64,000 bases of DNA, from IMG/VR virus record IMGVR_UViG_3300038300_000093. One strand, 5' to 3'. This stretch comes from a virus. Its lineage: Duplodnaviria > Heunggongvirae > Uroviricota > Caudoviricetes. Shown here piece by piece: positions 19,545 to 28,625 of this stretch (position 1 is the stretch's first letter; each line of letters starts with the position of its first letter). Both the position numbers and the translations under genes were made by a program. The notes under the pieces were generated by a model. The model saw only the letters and a list, made by a program, of their open reading frames with translations. It was not told the DNA's origin and ran no database searches.

Positions 19545-19784
19545 TTAAATCTCTTTAGTTATGTACCAGTCGTAAACTTCAAAGCTCAACTTGCAATCAA
19601 CTTTAAATCCTTCTAGCTTTGATTTTATTGCACTCATGAAAAAATGGCTTGATGACTTCCATCCGTAAGAATCTGAAATACAAGTGGATAGTTTTAAAAA
19701 GCTCTTGTCTTTAACTAATTCTTTAACCACTACTAGCATTTCTTCTGCGCTTTCCGCTTTGTTCATTTCGTCTATAGTACTCAT
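19545..19784 (-). CDS. hypothetical protein (79 aa)
   Basis: ORF-track ORF; module upstream. Confidence 0.5.
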   Translation of the reverse strand: MSTIDEMNKAESAEEMLVVVKELVKDKSFLKLSTCISDSYGWKSSSHFFMSAIKSKLEGFKVDCKLSFEVYDWYITKEI

Positions 19785-19865
19785 TGTTTGTCCTTTGTAT
19801 TTTGTTTGTTATTTAAGATATAACAATATAGATGGTGTTAGGGCTTTTTCAAGCCCTGTTTTGAA

Positions 19866-20435
19866 TTATTTAATTTCGCCTTCTTCTGTGAAGTCATAAT
19901 CATTTGCAACTAAACTTTCGTCTACAGCTTCATTTGAAGTTATCCTTTCAATTTCTTCATATCCTTCCTTTTGAAAATCTCTTGAAAGATCTTTGATATG
20001 TTCTTGTAGATGGTCTGTAAAGTCTTCTAAAGCCTGTTCGCGAGAAGAGTTCTCATAGCCATTGTAAAGAGCTTCATTGTAGCTTACTGTCATTGTATTG
20101 TAATGATTGTAATGACTGTTGTTGCTGTATATCTCAACATTGTCAATCAGTAAGTCTTTATCAGCGTCAAAAAGCTTTCTGAACTTTGATTTAATCTTAT
20201 TCTTGACTAAGTACTCTTCAACGTCTAGTGAACCATAAAACGCAACTCCATCTCCTTGACAACATGAAAGTCTCCATTGTACATCTTCAGTCGGCAATCC
20301 AAGCTCTTCTAACTTAAGTTGAATTGATTCTGTAATTTGCTCAAACTCTACGTCCATTGACTCTTTCCACCAGCTTCTAGCTGTTTCTTTTGATGATTCT
20401 GAAAGTTCATTGAACTTGTAAATTGCTGTTTTCAT
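19866..20435 (-). CDS. hypothetical highly acidic protein (189 aa)
   Basis: ORF-track ORF; module upstream. Composition is reminiscent of DNA-mimic anti-restriction proteins, but there is no motif-level support. Confidence 0.55.
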   Translation of the reverse strand: MKTAIYKFNELSESSKETARSWWKESMDVEFEQITESIQLKLEELGLPTEDVQWRLSCCQGDGVAFYGSLDVEEYLVKNKIKSKFRKLFDADKDLLIDNVEIYSNNSHYNHYNTMTVSYNEALYNGYENSSREQALEDFTDHLQEHIKDLSRDFQKEGYEEIERITSNEAVDESLVANDYDFTEEGEIK

Positions 20436-20517
20436 TTTGTGTCCTTTGTGTTTTGTTTGTTATTTAAGATATAACAATATAGATGGTGTTAGGACTTTTG
20501 CAAGCCCTACTTTGAAA

Positions 20518-20907
20518 TTATTTTAAAAGATTTATTTTATTCTTACAGTAAGAATATAATTCGTCAGACTCTTCTTTTGTAATGTCTTCATCATCACTGA
20601 CAATATTATCATAGTCAGAAAGAGCTGTAAAGAATGAGCCAGAAGAAGTATTTGAAAGATTATTGCCTTTCTGTCCTTCAAGCCATAGTGGATAAGAAGT
20701 ACTAATCTTATTATCATTGAATTTATAATGTCTCTGTAAACATCTAAACTTGAATGTTTCCCAGTTCATCAAGTCAGACTGATAATCAAGTAAGTCTTGA
20801 CTGTCTTCCATTGCTGAATCAATCTTTTCAATGAGCCCAATTAGCTTCCACTTCTTTGTTTTTTCTTTAACCATTTTCTTTGTCCTTTTGTTTTTAAGAT
20901 ATTTCAA
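20518..20907 (-). CDS. hypothetical protein (129 aa)
   Basis: ORF-track ORF; module upstream. Confidence 0.55.
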   Translation of the reverse strand: MKYLKNKRTKKMVKEKTKKWKLIGLIEKIDSAMEDSQDLLDYQSDLMNWETFKFRCLQRHYKFNDNKISTSYPLWLEGQKGNNLSNTSSGSFFTALSDYDNIVSDDEDITKEESDELYSYCKNKINLLK

Positions 20908-20918
20908 TATAGATGGTG

Positions 20919-21158
20919 TTAGGACTTTTGCAAGCCCTTTTTTGAAAGTTTATTTAAAAAATTACTAGCTGATACTTTTGCTTCCCTTAAAGTATTCTCT
21001 GCGTCAAGATTTTTATAACAAGTGCAAATTCTCCAATGAGAGTAAAGCCTATATCCAATAAGAGCTTTGAAGATTACGCCAATTGTCTTGCCGTTCATTA
21101 CTATGTCGTATCTGCTTGTCCCAGATCTTTTGAATTCTATGATATTTTCTTTAACCAT
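20919..21158 (-). CDS. hypothetical protein (79 aa)
   Basis: ORF-track ORF; module upstream. Confidence 0.5.
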   Translation of the reverse strand: MVKENIIEFKRSGTSRYDIVMNGKTIGVIFKALIGYRLYSHWRICTCYKNLDAENTLREAKVSASNFLNKLSKKGLQKS

Positions 21159-21232
21159 TTTTTGTCCTTTTGTTTTTAAGATATTTCAATATAAGGCTTG
21201 CTTTCTAAAAGTCAAGCCCTGTTTGAATTATA

Positions 21233-21628
21233 TTAAGAAGAAGAATTACAAGTCCACTTTCCATCTTCAAAGATATAACCGTACTCTTCATTGTTCTTAT
21301 CTTTATCCCAGTTTCCAAGTACAAATTCGGTGTCTCCTTCGCCTCTATCTCTACCGTAGTAAACTGTATGTCCTTCAACTGGATTATCATAAGAATGCCC
21401 TTCAGGCTTCTCGCAACTTTCAGCCAACGAACTCATATCTCCATGAGAAATTAACTCAATTACTTTTTCTTCTTCATCATAATTTTCTGTTAGTATTGGC
21501 ATCATATTAGAAGGATAACCGTCGAAATGAACATAAGCATGGATTATTTGGCCCGCTTCAATATCTCTTCCACCAACTGTTACTGAATTGTATGAAACTT
21601 TAACTGCTACTCTTGATCTTGTACTCAT
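21233..21628 (-). CDS. hypothetical protein (131 aa)
   Basis: ORF-track ORF; module upstream. Confidence 0.55.
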   Translation of the reverse strand: MSTRSRVAVKVSYNSVTVGGRDIEAGQIIHAYVHFDGYPSNMMPILTENYDEEEKVIELISHGDMSSLAESCEKPEGHSYDNPVEGHTVYYGRDRGEGDTEFVLGNWDKDKNNEEYGYIFEDGKWTCNSSS

Positions 21629-21709
21629 TGTGTGTCCTTTGTGTTTTATTTAAGATATTCTAATATAGTTGTTGTTTGGGCCTTTACAAGCCCTACTTTA
21701 AATATTCTT

Positions 21710-21997
21710 TTAATATTTTGAAGATTTTGTTGTGTATGTACTTTCAAGTTGAAAGATTAACTTTAACTCTTTGACTCCAGAAGGATAAGTTAAATATAGT
21801 GCTAAGAATCCGCCAGTAGAACAGTTTAAGGATTCTTCTCTTATTACTGTTGACAAACACTGATAAGCTGTTCCTTTCAAGGCTGAAATAGAAGGAGCTT
21901 CTGTTCCTCCCCAAAAATGATTAGTCTCTTGCATATGCTTTTGAACTTTCTCAAAGTTGAAGTTTTCCATTACTTTGTCGATGTCGATGCTGTTCAT
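21710..21997 (-). CDS. hypothetical protein (95 aa)
   Basis: ORF-track ORF; module upstream. Confidence 0.5.
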   Translation of the reverse strand: MNSIDIDKVMENFNFEKVQKHMQETNHFWGGTEAPSISALKGTAYQCLSTVIREESLNCSTGGFLALYLTYPSGVKELKLIFQLESTYTTKSSKY

Positions 21998-22090
21998 AAA
22001 ATGTCCTTTCTAAGTTTTGTAAGCCTGCTTAGTGCTTCTTACTAAACTTACTATAGTTGCACTTTAGATTATTGCAAGCCATATTTTAGA

Positions 22091-22279
22091 TTATTTTTTT
22101 GACATTTGCTCGTCATAGTATTCTTGGCTACATCCTCCAGACTTTACCAATCTTTCTAATCTTTCTTGTCTACTAGACTTCTGAACACAAGCATGAACTA
22201 TAAAGTCGTTCTGATCTTGAAATACTTCTTCGCATGTTTTACATATTCCATACATTATCTTTATCCTTATGCGCTGCAA
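22091..22279 (-). CDS. small Cys/His zinc-finger-like protein (62 aa)
   Basis: Contains CKTCEEVF...HAC. Confidence 0.5.
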   Translation of the reverse strand: MQRIRIKIMYGICKTCEEVFQDQNDFIVHACVQKSSRQERLERLVKSGGCSQEYYDEQMSKK

Positions 22280-22503
22280 ATGTTAGATTTAAATAAATAC
22301 AGTTGTCTTTCTACCAATTCTTCAAGATCATCAATTCTTAAAAATTTACCTTCAGTCGTGTGGACTTGATATTCCGAATCCTTCCTCATCCAAAGGATTT
22401 GAATCTCTTCCTTATTTTTAGTCTTCCATACGTCACCAGCAATATAATGAGTCTCTACGCCAGTAATTAATTCTAACATTGTTAATGAAAAATCGTAACT
22501 CAT
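22267..22503 (-). CDS. hypothetical protein (78 aa)
   Basis: ORF-track ORF; overlaps its neighbours. Confidence 0.5.
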   Translation of the reverse strand: MSYDFSLTMLELITGVETHYIAGDVWKTKNKEEIQILWMRKDSEYQVHTTEGKFLRIDDLEELVERQLYLFKSNICSA

Positions 22504-22733
22504 ACTTTAGACTCCTCTTTCCTAGTATCCGAACATTTCTTACAGTCGGGATCATGCGTTAAAGCGAAACTACTTCCTGAAACAAAAATATAAGTATGAT
22601 TCTTATATCTTTCAATCGTTGTTATGTTTCCGCCAATTCCTTTTTCGTCTTTTTCATCCTTGCCTAACGAATATAAGACGAATGTTACTACTAAAATAAC
22701 TATTATTATTGCGCCTATAAGTATAAATTGCAT
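22500..22733 (-). CDS. small membrane protein (77 aa)
   Basis: N-terminal hydrophobic helix IGAIIIVILVVTFVLY. Confidence 0.5.
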   Translation of the reverse strand: MQFILIGAIIIVILVVTFVLYSLGKDEKDEKGIGGNITTIERYKNHTYIFVSGSSFALTHDPDCKKCSDTRKEESKV

Positions 22734-22795
22734 CTTTTTGAATCCTTTGTTTTACTTTCGTGTCTTATCTTATAGTAATATGAGAAAGCAAAATG

Positions 22796-23299
22796 TCAAG
22801 CCTTGATTGCTTCTTTCTCTTCCTTTAGCATTACAGCATTATGTTTTAACCATGCTGTCAACAAATCAGCGTTGTTCCACTCTACTTTTATGCGTCCAGT
22901 TATTTCATCAAACCACTCACTCAATGTGAAGCAATAAAAATCCCTCTGTCTGTTTTGCCTTTGATTTAAAGTCATATGATAAAATAGCTTTAAACTATGA
23001 ACACTTATTTCCTCTAATATATGTTTGCAAACTTCTTTATCCCAATTATCCCATTTAGCATAAGGAATTTCAAATGAATTATCTCTATAGTGCTTATTGG
23101 TTAAACATCTATAATAATCATTCAGTTTGCTCTTTATTCCCCAGATTAAATCCCCTTTAGTTGTATAATTGTTGCAAAAATCATTTAAACTTATAAAATC
23201 ATCCATGCTTCTAGCTAAATTTCTACAAAACATTACATTTTGAAGTGCTTCTGGGTGATGATATGCGCTGTATAAGTTGTCTAATATATTTGTAAACAT
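22796..23299 (-). CDS. hypothetical protein (167 aa)
   Basis: ORF-track ORF; preceded by the family-B motif TTACTATAAGATAAGACACGAAAGT and AAAAGGACAT before the ATG. Confidence 0.55.
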   Translation of the reverse strand: MFTNILDNLYSAYHHPEALQNVMFCRNLARSMDDFISLNDFCNNYTTKGDLIWGIKSKLNDYYRCLTNKHYRDNSFEIPYAKWDNWDKEVCKHILEEISVHSLKLFYHMTLNQRQNRQRDFYCFTLSEWFDEITGRIKVEWNNADLLTAWLKHNAVMLKEEKEAIKA

Positions 23300-23350
23300 A
23301 TGTCCTTTTTGTTTTACTTTCGTGTCTTATCTTATAGTAACACAAGAATC
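23300..23350 (-). promoter_or_regulatory. family-B upstream motif TTACTATAAGATAAGACACGAAAGT, representative
   Basis: Same 25-mer upstream of the genes starting at 22795, 23299, 23569, 24057, 24300, 29548, 29735, 29898, 30070, and again at 31020-31045 and 31110-31135. It has a TATAAGATAAG -10-like element and no -35. Confidence 0.45.
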
Positions 23351-23569
23351 CTAAATTTCTACATATCCTGTTACATTTACTAAAGTTTCTTCGTCTAAGT
23401 AAGTAGTTGTATGAGTTCTCATGCTTACTACTTCTCTCATTTCAAACTTCTCTCCTCTGTAATTGTCAAGAGCAATATAAGATCTGTCAGAAGTGGAAAC
23501 TATAAATTTAGCGAGTCCATCTAATTCTTTTAATGGCGTTGCAAGCTTTTCATTGAAATCATTATTCAT
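23351..23569 (-). CDS. hypothetical protein (72 aa)
   Basis: ORF-track ORF; family-B motif upstream. Confidence 0.5.
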   Translation of the reverse strand: MNNDFNEKLATPLKELDGLAKFIVSTSDRSYIALDNYRGEKFEMREVVSMRTHTTTYLDEETLVNVTGYVEI

Positions 23570-23658
23570 TTTTGTTGTCCTTTTGTTTAACTTTCGTGTC
23601 TTATCTTATAGTAACGCAAGAATCCTAAACTTCAAGACCTTTATTAAAAATCGTACTG

Positions 23659-23772
23659 GATTAAATTAACTTTGCCAGACTCATCTTGACCATCTTGATT
23701 TGGAACTTCCCAATTGTTATTTACACAGCTTCCTGCTAACAATAAAATTAATACCATGATTAGCTTTTTCAT
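23659..23772 (-). CDS. possible small lipoprotein or secreted peptide (37 aa)
   Basis: Hand-translated: MKKLIMVLILLLAGSCVNNNWEVPIKMVKMSLAKLI, with a lipobox-like LLAGSC. ATGA overlap with the upstream gene's stop. Confidence 0.3.
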
Positions 23773-24026
23773 TTTACTTCCTTTTCTTTATATATGAATT
23801 GTACTTTCTTAATATAATCATATCTATAATGATTACAACGCTTGCAAACAATGTTAATTTCTTTAGTACTGCTCTTCAGCTCGCTTGAGTCAATATCTTT
23901 AAGCTGCAGACCACAAACAGTTCTATTACTACTATTTATAATATGTATCTTACTTCCATTCTTATATAACCATCTACTTCTTTTGTATATCGGACGTATT
24001 GTAAATATTATAGGAGACTTATTCAC
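23769..24026 (-). CDS. hypothetical basic protein (85 aa)
   Basis: ORF-track ORF. Confidence 0.5.
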   Translation of the reverse strand: MNKSPIIFTIRPIYKRSRWLYKNGSKIHIINSSNRTVCGLQLKDIDSSELKSSTKEINIVCKRCNHYRYDYIKKVQFIYKEKEVK

Positions 24027-24057
24027 TTTCGTGCCTTATTTTTTAGAAATTGACATT

Positions 24058-24300
24058 CTACGTAAGCCACGGATTACTCTCAAGAGCGTTTAAATTTCTT
24101 TCAATATTATCCTCTTCCGAGAAAGATGCTATTCTGTCATAAGTCTCGTTGTACCATCCTCTATCTCTAAGACCATAAGTGATTGAAGTTGGGATTCCAA
24201 ACAATTTCATCCAAAAAGTCTTTTCTTTAGTGATAGTAACCTGATAAACAACTCCTGAACTATTCTTTACCATTTCAAATGAATTCATATTAAAATCCAT
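24058..24300 (-). CDS. hypothetical protein (80 aa)
   Basis: ORF-track ORF. Confidence 0.5.
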   Translation of the reverse strand: MDFNMNSFEMVKNSSGVVYQVTITKEKTFWMKLFGIPTSITYGLRDRGWYNETYDRIASFSEEDNIERNLNALESNPWLT

Positions 24301-24302
24301 GA

Positions 24303-25100
24303 TTATCTCCTAATGCTAATTGGCATTTTAGGACTTTCGTGTCTTAACTTTTGGCAGATATCCTTTCTCAATTCTTTATCAATAGCTTCTAAGGCTTCCT
24401 CATCTCTTTCAAGATAGTTAGCAATCTCAAGATTAACTTTCTGATAACGAGCCTTTCTCTTGACGTTCAACTCACTCCTAAGCTTTTCAATCTTGTCCTT
24501 TAGAATTTTCTCTTCTTTCTCTTCTTCACTATAATCATAAATCTCTTCTTTGATCCAACAAGTGTCAATACGATCAAAGGCATTTAACAGCATCTCACTG
24601 TTACTCTCTTCGTATTCTTTATTTAATCTGTCAATTACTTTCTGAATACTTGCATTTACTTCAGCAATCTTGACCGAAATGTAAAGCTCGCAGTTCTCTT
24701 CTGTATCTTTTCTAAGTGCCTCAAACATCTCATCTTTAATCTTTTGACGCTTAGATTGTATCTTTGGAACTCCTTTCCAACTTCTTTCACTTTTGCAATT
24801 TAGATAGAAAAGATTAAATCCTAAGAAATTCTCCGGTACTTCCTTACTCGAAAAAGGGAACTTTAAAGTAAAAGTCTTCATCATTGTAGGATCATTGTAG
24901 TTTCTATCATTATACTCTGGAGAACTCTCAGTCCATTCTCCAATTTCAAAATCTTCCTTCTTAAGAGGAGTGAATTCGTATCTTGGATGTCTCTCGATGA
25001 AACTTGTGTGCTTTACGATATTGCTGCTGACTACTTCTGTAGGCATTCCAATCAAATCTTTCTCATCTACTTCTTTAACATCTATGTTGATTTTTCTCAT
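24303..25100 (-). CDS. hypothetical protein (265 aa)
   Basis: ORF-track ORF; family-B-like motif upstream. Confidence 0.6.
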   Translation of the reverse strand: MRKINIDVKEVDEKDLIGMPTEVVSSNIVKHTSFIERHPRYEFTPLKKEDFEIGEWTESSPEYNDRNYNDPTMMKTFTLKFPFSSKEVPENFLGFNLFYLNCKSERSWKGVPKIQSKRQKIKDEMFEALRKDTEENCELYISVKIAEVNASIQKVIDRLNKEYEESNSEMLLNAFDRIDTCWIKEEIYDYSEEEKEEKILKDKIEKLRSELNVKRKARYQKVNLEIANYLERDEEALEAIDKELRKDICQKLRHESPKMPISIRR

Positions 25101-25170
25101 TTTTGTGTCCTTTATTTTAACTTAATATTAATATAGCTTAACTTTAGAAAGGTTCAAGCCATATTTAGCA

Positions 25171-25530
25171 TTAATTTCCAATTAGCCAATCTTTAACTGA
25201 TTGCTTTGTAATTAAGTTTCCCTTTTTCCTTTGCATTCCCTTTAGAATGCCAGTGTTTAACATTCTATTGATTGTCTTAGAACATCGTTTAATTTCATGA
25301 GAAACTTCTTTAACGCTCATGTACTCAGTGCAGTGTTTCAAGATCTCTTCTTCTGATCTGAATTTTATGATTTCCTTCGACATTTTATTTAATCTGTCAA
25401 CTATTATGTCTATGTCATCTCGATCCTCTAAATCATAATAATGACACTCTTCGCCGTCTTCATTGAAAATGTTAATACGTTGATCGTCTGTTGGTTCTAC
25501 TTCATAATGATATAATTCTTCTTGTGTCAT
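25171..25530 (-). CDS. hypothetical protein (119 aa)
   Basis: ORF-track ORF. Confidence 0.55.
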   Translation of the reverse strand: MTQEELYHYEVEPTDDQRINIFNEDGEECHYYDLEDRDDIDIIVDRLNKMSKEIIKFRSEEEILKHCTEYMSVKEVSHEIKRCSKTINRMLNTGILKGMQRKKGNLITKQSVKDWLIGN

Positions 25531-25595
25531 TTTATGTCCTTTATTTTAACTTAATATTAATATAGCTTAACTTTAGAAAGGTTCAAGCCATATTT

Positions 25596-25817
25596 TTAAA
25601 TAATATCTAATTTGGTGTAAACTCTCAAACATCCTAAACAGTCAGATCCCTCAACATACAGGCAAGAAGGACATTGAGGATGTAAAGTATTGTTCACTAA
25701 TATTAAATTCTCTTGAAAGCAAGCATCTACTTCAAATTCTTTCCCACAGCCACACTTGCATATGGCCCATTCATCTAAGTGAGGGAATCGCGAGAGTATC
25801 TTCAAATATTTAATCAT
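25596..25817 (-). CDS. small Cys-rich zinc-binding-like protein (73 aa)
   Basis: Contains CKCGCG...CPSC...CLGC. Confidence 0.55.
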   Translation of the reverse strand: MIKYLKILSRFPHLDEWAICKCGCGKEFEVDACFQENLILVNNTLHPQCPSCLYVEGSDCLGCLRVYTKLDII

Positions 25818-25861
25818 AATAAAAAAGACAGACTCTTTTAAAAGCCTGCCTTATTAATCTG

Positions 25862-26272
25862 TTAGAGAATTTCTACATTGAGATGTGGACTAACGCGACC
25901 ATTCATCTTTGTAAGTGTTGGCTGTTTAAGCTCGCTCATGGCCTCTTTCGCGCCTTCCTTGATCTCCGTTACTTTATCGGGATCAACTGTCAGAGACTCC
26001 TTAATAACACTTTCAAGAGTTACTCCGTTAAGCTTAGACATTAATACTGAAATTATGTCCCAAGGCTGAGCTTTCGCTACTACTCTTTGCTCAAAATCTT
26101 TGCCTTTATCTAAAGTTCCAGTAATACGAACCAAAATGTCTACTTTGTTTTCGCCTGTTGGAATCTTACTTGATACTTCTTTAGCATCAGCCTCACGGAT
26201 TGTCTTGTACAATGCAGTTAGTGCTAATACTTCTAGTTTGTCTGTGCCTGTCGTTCTTGTAGTCTTTTTCAT
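25862..26272 (-). CDS. hypothetical protein (136 aa)
   Basis: ORF-track ORF. Confidence 0.55.
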   Translation of the reverse strand: MKKTTRTTGTDKLEVLALTALYKTIREADAKEVSSKIPTGENKVDILVRITGTLDKGKDFEQRVVAKAQPWDIISVLMSKLNGVTLESVIKESLTVDPDKVTEIKEGAKEAMSELKQPTLTKMNGRVSPHLNVEIL

Positions 26273-26341
26273 TGTCTTGTCCTTTATTTAAGATACTATT
26301 AATCTAACACCCCAAATAAAGAAGTCAAGCCATGTTTTCAA

Positions 26342-26587
26342 TTATTTTCTATCAAATCCTAATATTCCAGAATGTTCTGTCTTCCCATCCTCATAATACT
26401 CTTTTGCGCGAGAAGAATAATACATTACTTTATTACACTGAGTACATTTATATCTATGAAGATCTACATCAACTGTCGTTGACTCCTCATGGCCATCAAT
26501 CCAAATATCGTCATACTCTCCAGCTAAATCATCATAATAATCTTCCCAATGTCCAGATACTTTTCTAGTGTGATTACATTCTTTCAT
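26342..26587 (-). CDS. hypothetical protein with a CTQC pair (81 aa)
   Basis: ORF-track ORF. Confidence 0.5.
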   Translation of the reverse strand: MKECNHTRKVSGHWEDYYDDLAGEYDDIWIDGHEESTTVDVDLHRYKCTQCNKVMYYSSRAKEYYEDGKTEHSGILGFDRK

Positions 26588-26802
26588 TGAAATTCCACCA
26601 CTGCTGATTTATTGACAATATACTTAAAAGATGTATCAATAGTTTTAAATATTGTCCCATCATCATTTAATAAACGTACTCTTACATTTGTTTTTTCAAT
26701 ATGTATTGTCAATACATTGGCATTCCATATCTTGCAATATGGCTTGTAGAAAGAATTTCTAGAATATAAAGGATGTTTTCTAAAGTCTACTTCAACTATC
26801 AT
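26584..26802 (-). CDS. hypothetical protein (72 aa)
   Basis: ORF-track ORF; ATGA overlaps on both sides. Confidence 0.5.
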   Translation of the reverse strand: MIVEVDFRKHPLYSRNSFYKPYCKIWNANVLTIHIEKTNVRVRLLNDDGTIFKTIDTSFKYIVNKSAVVEFQ

Positions 26803-27149
26803 TTTTTAGACTCCTTCAAGTCTTTCTCGCAATCTTTGATCTTCTGCTTGGCAATCTTTAACATCTCTTTCATTAACTCTGGATGCGATATACAAAGCTT
26901 ATTGAAACTAGAAGTCCATGAATCTAATTCTGTCATTGATCCGCCACTTACAAGAAACAACCTATCACAACTGGTATGCATTGAAGGATGAATTGTTATG
27001 TGGTTACAATATCCTTTATGGCTTACATCTTGAACATACCTACTTCCAGAATTGATAGTATTAAAAATCTTCTTAGACAATTCTCCATCGTCCTTATCAA
27101 ATAAATGCAATGCATCATTGCTTATTAAAACTGGTGTTAAGTTTCCCAT
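26799..27149 (-). CDS. hypothetical protein (116 aa)
   Basis: ORF-track ORF. Confidence 0.55.
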   Translation of the reverse strand: MGNLTPVLISNDALHLFDKDDGELSKKIFNTINSGSRYVQDVSHKGYCNHITIHPSMHTSCDRLFLVSGGSMTELDSWTSSFNKLCISHPELMKEMLKIAKQKIKDCEKDLKESKK

Positions 27150-27569
27150 TTACATTTCCTCTAAAGCTTCTTCAACTTCTTTCCAATCTTTACTTCCGTC
27201 GAAGCCTGCCTTATCATCAATCAATACATTGAAATAAAACTTGCCATCAAAATTACATAACTCATCTGAAGGACAATCTGGATTGCAATTGAAATGATCA
27301 AATACAATACCAAGATCTTTCAATCTCTCAATATGCTTTTCAACATAATCTTCATAAGATGATGTCCACAATGTTAAAGTACTGTCAGATCTTTCTGTAA
27401 GCTTCTTTAAGACTCTTATGGCATCTGGATAAAATTCATTCTTACCATCATCCTTGGTATAACTACCCGGCATTATAGTGTCATGAAAATCAATACACCA
27501 AAACATCTTATCCCAACCACGTTCTTTCATCTTACTAAATTCTTTCTTTATCGTTTCCTTTAAAGACAT
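27150..27569 (-). CDS. hypothetical protein, possibly a HAD-superfamily-like phosphatase (139 aa)
   Basis: WCIDFHDTI near the N-terminus and NVLIDDKAGFDG near the C-terminus resemble HAD motifs I and IV. The fit to the DxDxT spacing is imperfect. Confidence 0.45.
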   Translation of the reverse strand: MSLKETIKKEFSKMKERGWDKMFWCIDFHDTIMPGSYTKDDGKNEFYPDAIRVLKKLTERSDSTLTLWTSSYEDYVEKHIERLKDLGIVFDHFNCNPDCPSDELCNFDGKFYFNVLIDDKAGFDGSKDWKEVEEALEEM

Positions 27570-27742
27570 TAATCTGTTCCTTTACGTTTTAATTTATTAA
27601 AATCAACCATTACAATGTCTTTAATCTTATTGACATCTTGTCGTCCTGCAATACAAACTGAATTTAATTTAGAACAATAGAAACGCTCTCCTCGGTTTAT
27701 TCTACGCTTCCCTGTGAAAATATATCCAAACATTCCGATCAT
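27569..27742 (-). CDS. small basic protein (57 aa), not in the ORF track
   Basis: Hand-translated: MIGMFGYIFTGKRRINRGERFYCSKLNSVCIAGRQDVNKIKDIVMVDFNKLKRKGTD. TAATG overlap with the downstream gene. Confidence 0.4.
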   Translation of the reverse strand: MIGMFGYIFTGKRRINRGERFYCSKLNSVCIAGRQDVNKIKDIVMVDFNKLKRKGTD

Positions 27743-27867
27743 TCTATATTCCTTTAGTTTTTTATAGAAAGTAAAAATACAACAAGTAATACAAATATTA
27801 TTGACGTGATAATGATATCACGCTTCTGCTCTTTTTTTATTTTCACAATTTATTCCTTTATCTACAA

Positions 27868-27905
27868 TAAATAAAGATCCTGACATTATATCAGGATCTT
27901 TATAG
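27868..27905 (-). terminator. intrinsic terminator after ORF 27918-28625
   Basis: AAAGATCCTGA-CATTATA-TCAGGATCTTT: a perfect 11-bp stem with a T/A-rich tail. Confidence 0.65.
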
Positions 27906-27917
27906 AATCTTTTGCTT

Positions 27918-28625
27918 TTAGACTGTTTCAGCCTTTACTTTTAATTTCTCACTTAAAGCTCTTACTACTTTAGAACCAAGTGTTCTTGTGTTAATGTTAT
28001 CGCCTTTAGGACTTTTTGTTGCAATTCCAAGATTAAACTTTTCATTGGCTTGAAGAATGATTGGTTTTGCAGTTCTCTCATCAAACTTTGACTCTTCTTC
28101 AAGTGTGATTGTTGTTACATCATCTGTAACATCACAAACATTCAAGTAAGAAGTCTCATCACAAAGGAAAGCTTTGACAGTCTTAGATTTCTTTAACACT
28201 AAGACAATAGTAACATCGTCAAGTTTGAACTCAGCCGTATTACTAACAATCTCTTCATCTTTTAAAAACTTATCACCAGATTTACGCTTAATGAATTGAG
28301 GATGCTTGTATACTTCCTTCTTAGACTTCTTAGAATTATTAGACTTCTTAGAATTATTAGAAGTATTAACTCTAGGATTTACCGAAGCCTTCATTGGCTT
28401 CTCAACTTCTACTACAACTGGTGGCTTTACATCAACTGTTTCAAATTTAGATTCAGCTTTGTCAAAAGCATCACTAATGGAATTATCCATTACTTCTTCA
28501 AGTTCCATATCCTCATCAGAAGTTATTAATTCACACTCTTCTTCTTCATCAAAGGAAAACTCTTCAAAATCAAATTCGTCAAGGCCAAGTGATGATAAAG
28601 TTGTTTCTTCCATCTCGTCAGACAT
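27918..28625 (-). CDS. hypothetical acidic protein with an internal NNSKKS repeat (235 aa)
   Basis: ORF-track ORF. Tandem 15-nt repeat at about 28325-28360. Followed by an intrinsic terminator at 27868-27905. Confidence 0.6.
   Translation of the reverse strand: MSDEMEETTLSSLGLDEFDFEEFSFDEEEECELITSDEDMELEEVMDNSISDAFDKAESKFETVDVKPPVVVEVEKPMKASVNPRVNTSNNSKKSNNSKKSKKEVYKHPQFIKRKSGDKFLKDEEIVSNTAEFKLDDVTIVLVLKKSKTVKAFLCDETSYLNVCDVTDDVTTITLEEESKFDERTAKPIILQANEKFNLGIATKSPKGDNINTRTLGSKVVRALSEKLKVKAETV

Noticed and set aside
549-22090. Regularly spaced near-identical intergenic repeats: a CRISPR array?
   Set aside because: The units between repeats are protein-coding genes of very different lengths (200-950 bp), each with a start and stop. 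The repeats are 65-100 bp and contain promoter-like and SD-like signals. This is not CRISPR architecture.
25820-25860. Possible terminator AAAAAAGACAGACTCTTTTAAAAGCCTGCCTTATT after ORF 25862-26272
   Set aside because: The stem has a mismatch and the loop is itself palindromic (CTTTTAAAAG). The fold is ambiguous, so it is not listed as a feature.
1855-26568. Other plus-strand ORFs in the track (e.g. 1855-2070, 2502-2741, 5910-6167, 9295-9561, 13222-13503, 17455-17847, 18593-18961, 21067-21510, 26332-26568)
   Set aside because: All are embedded antisense within well-supported minus-strand genes, are Leu/Ser/Phe-rich as expected from an AT-rich antisense frame, and lack the upstream module or SD box.
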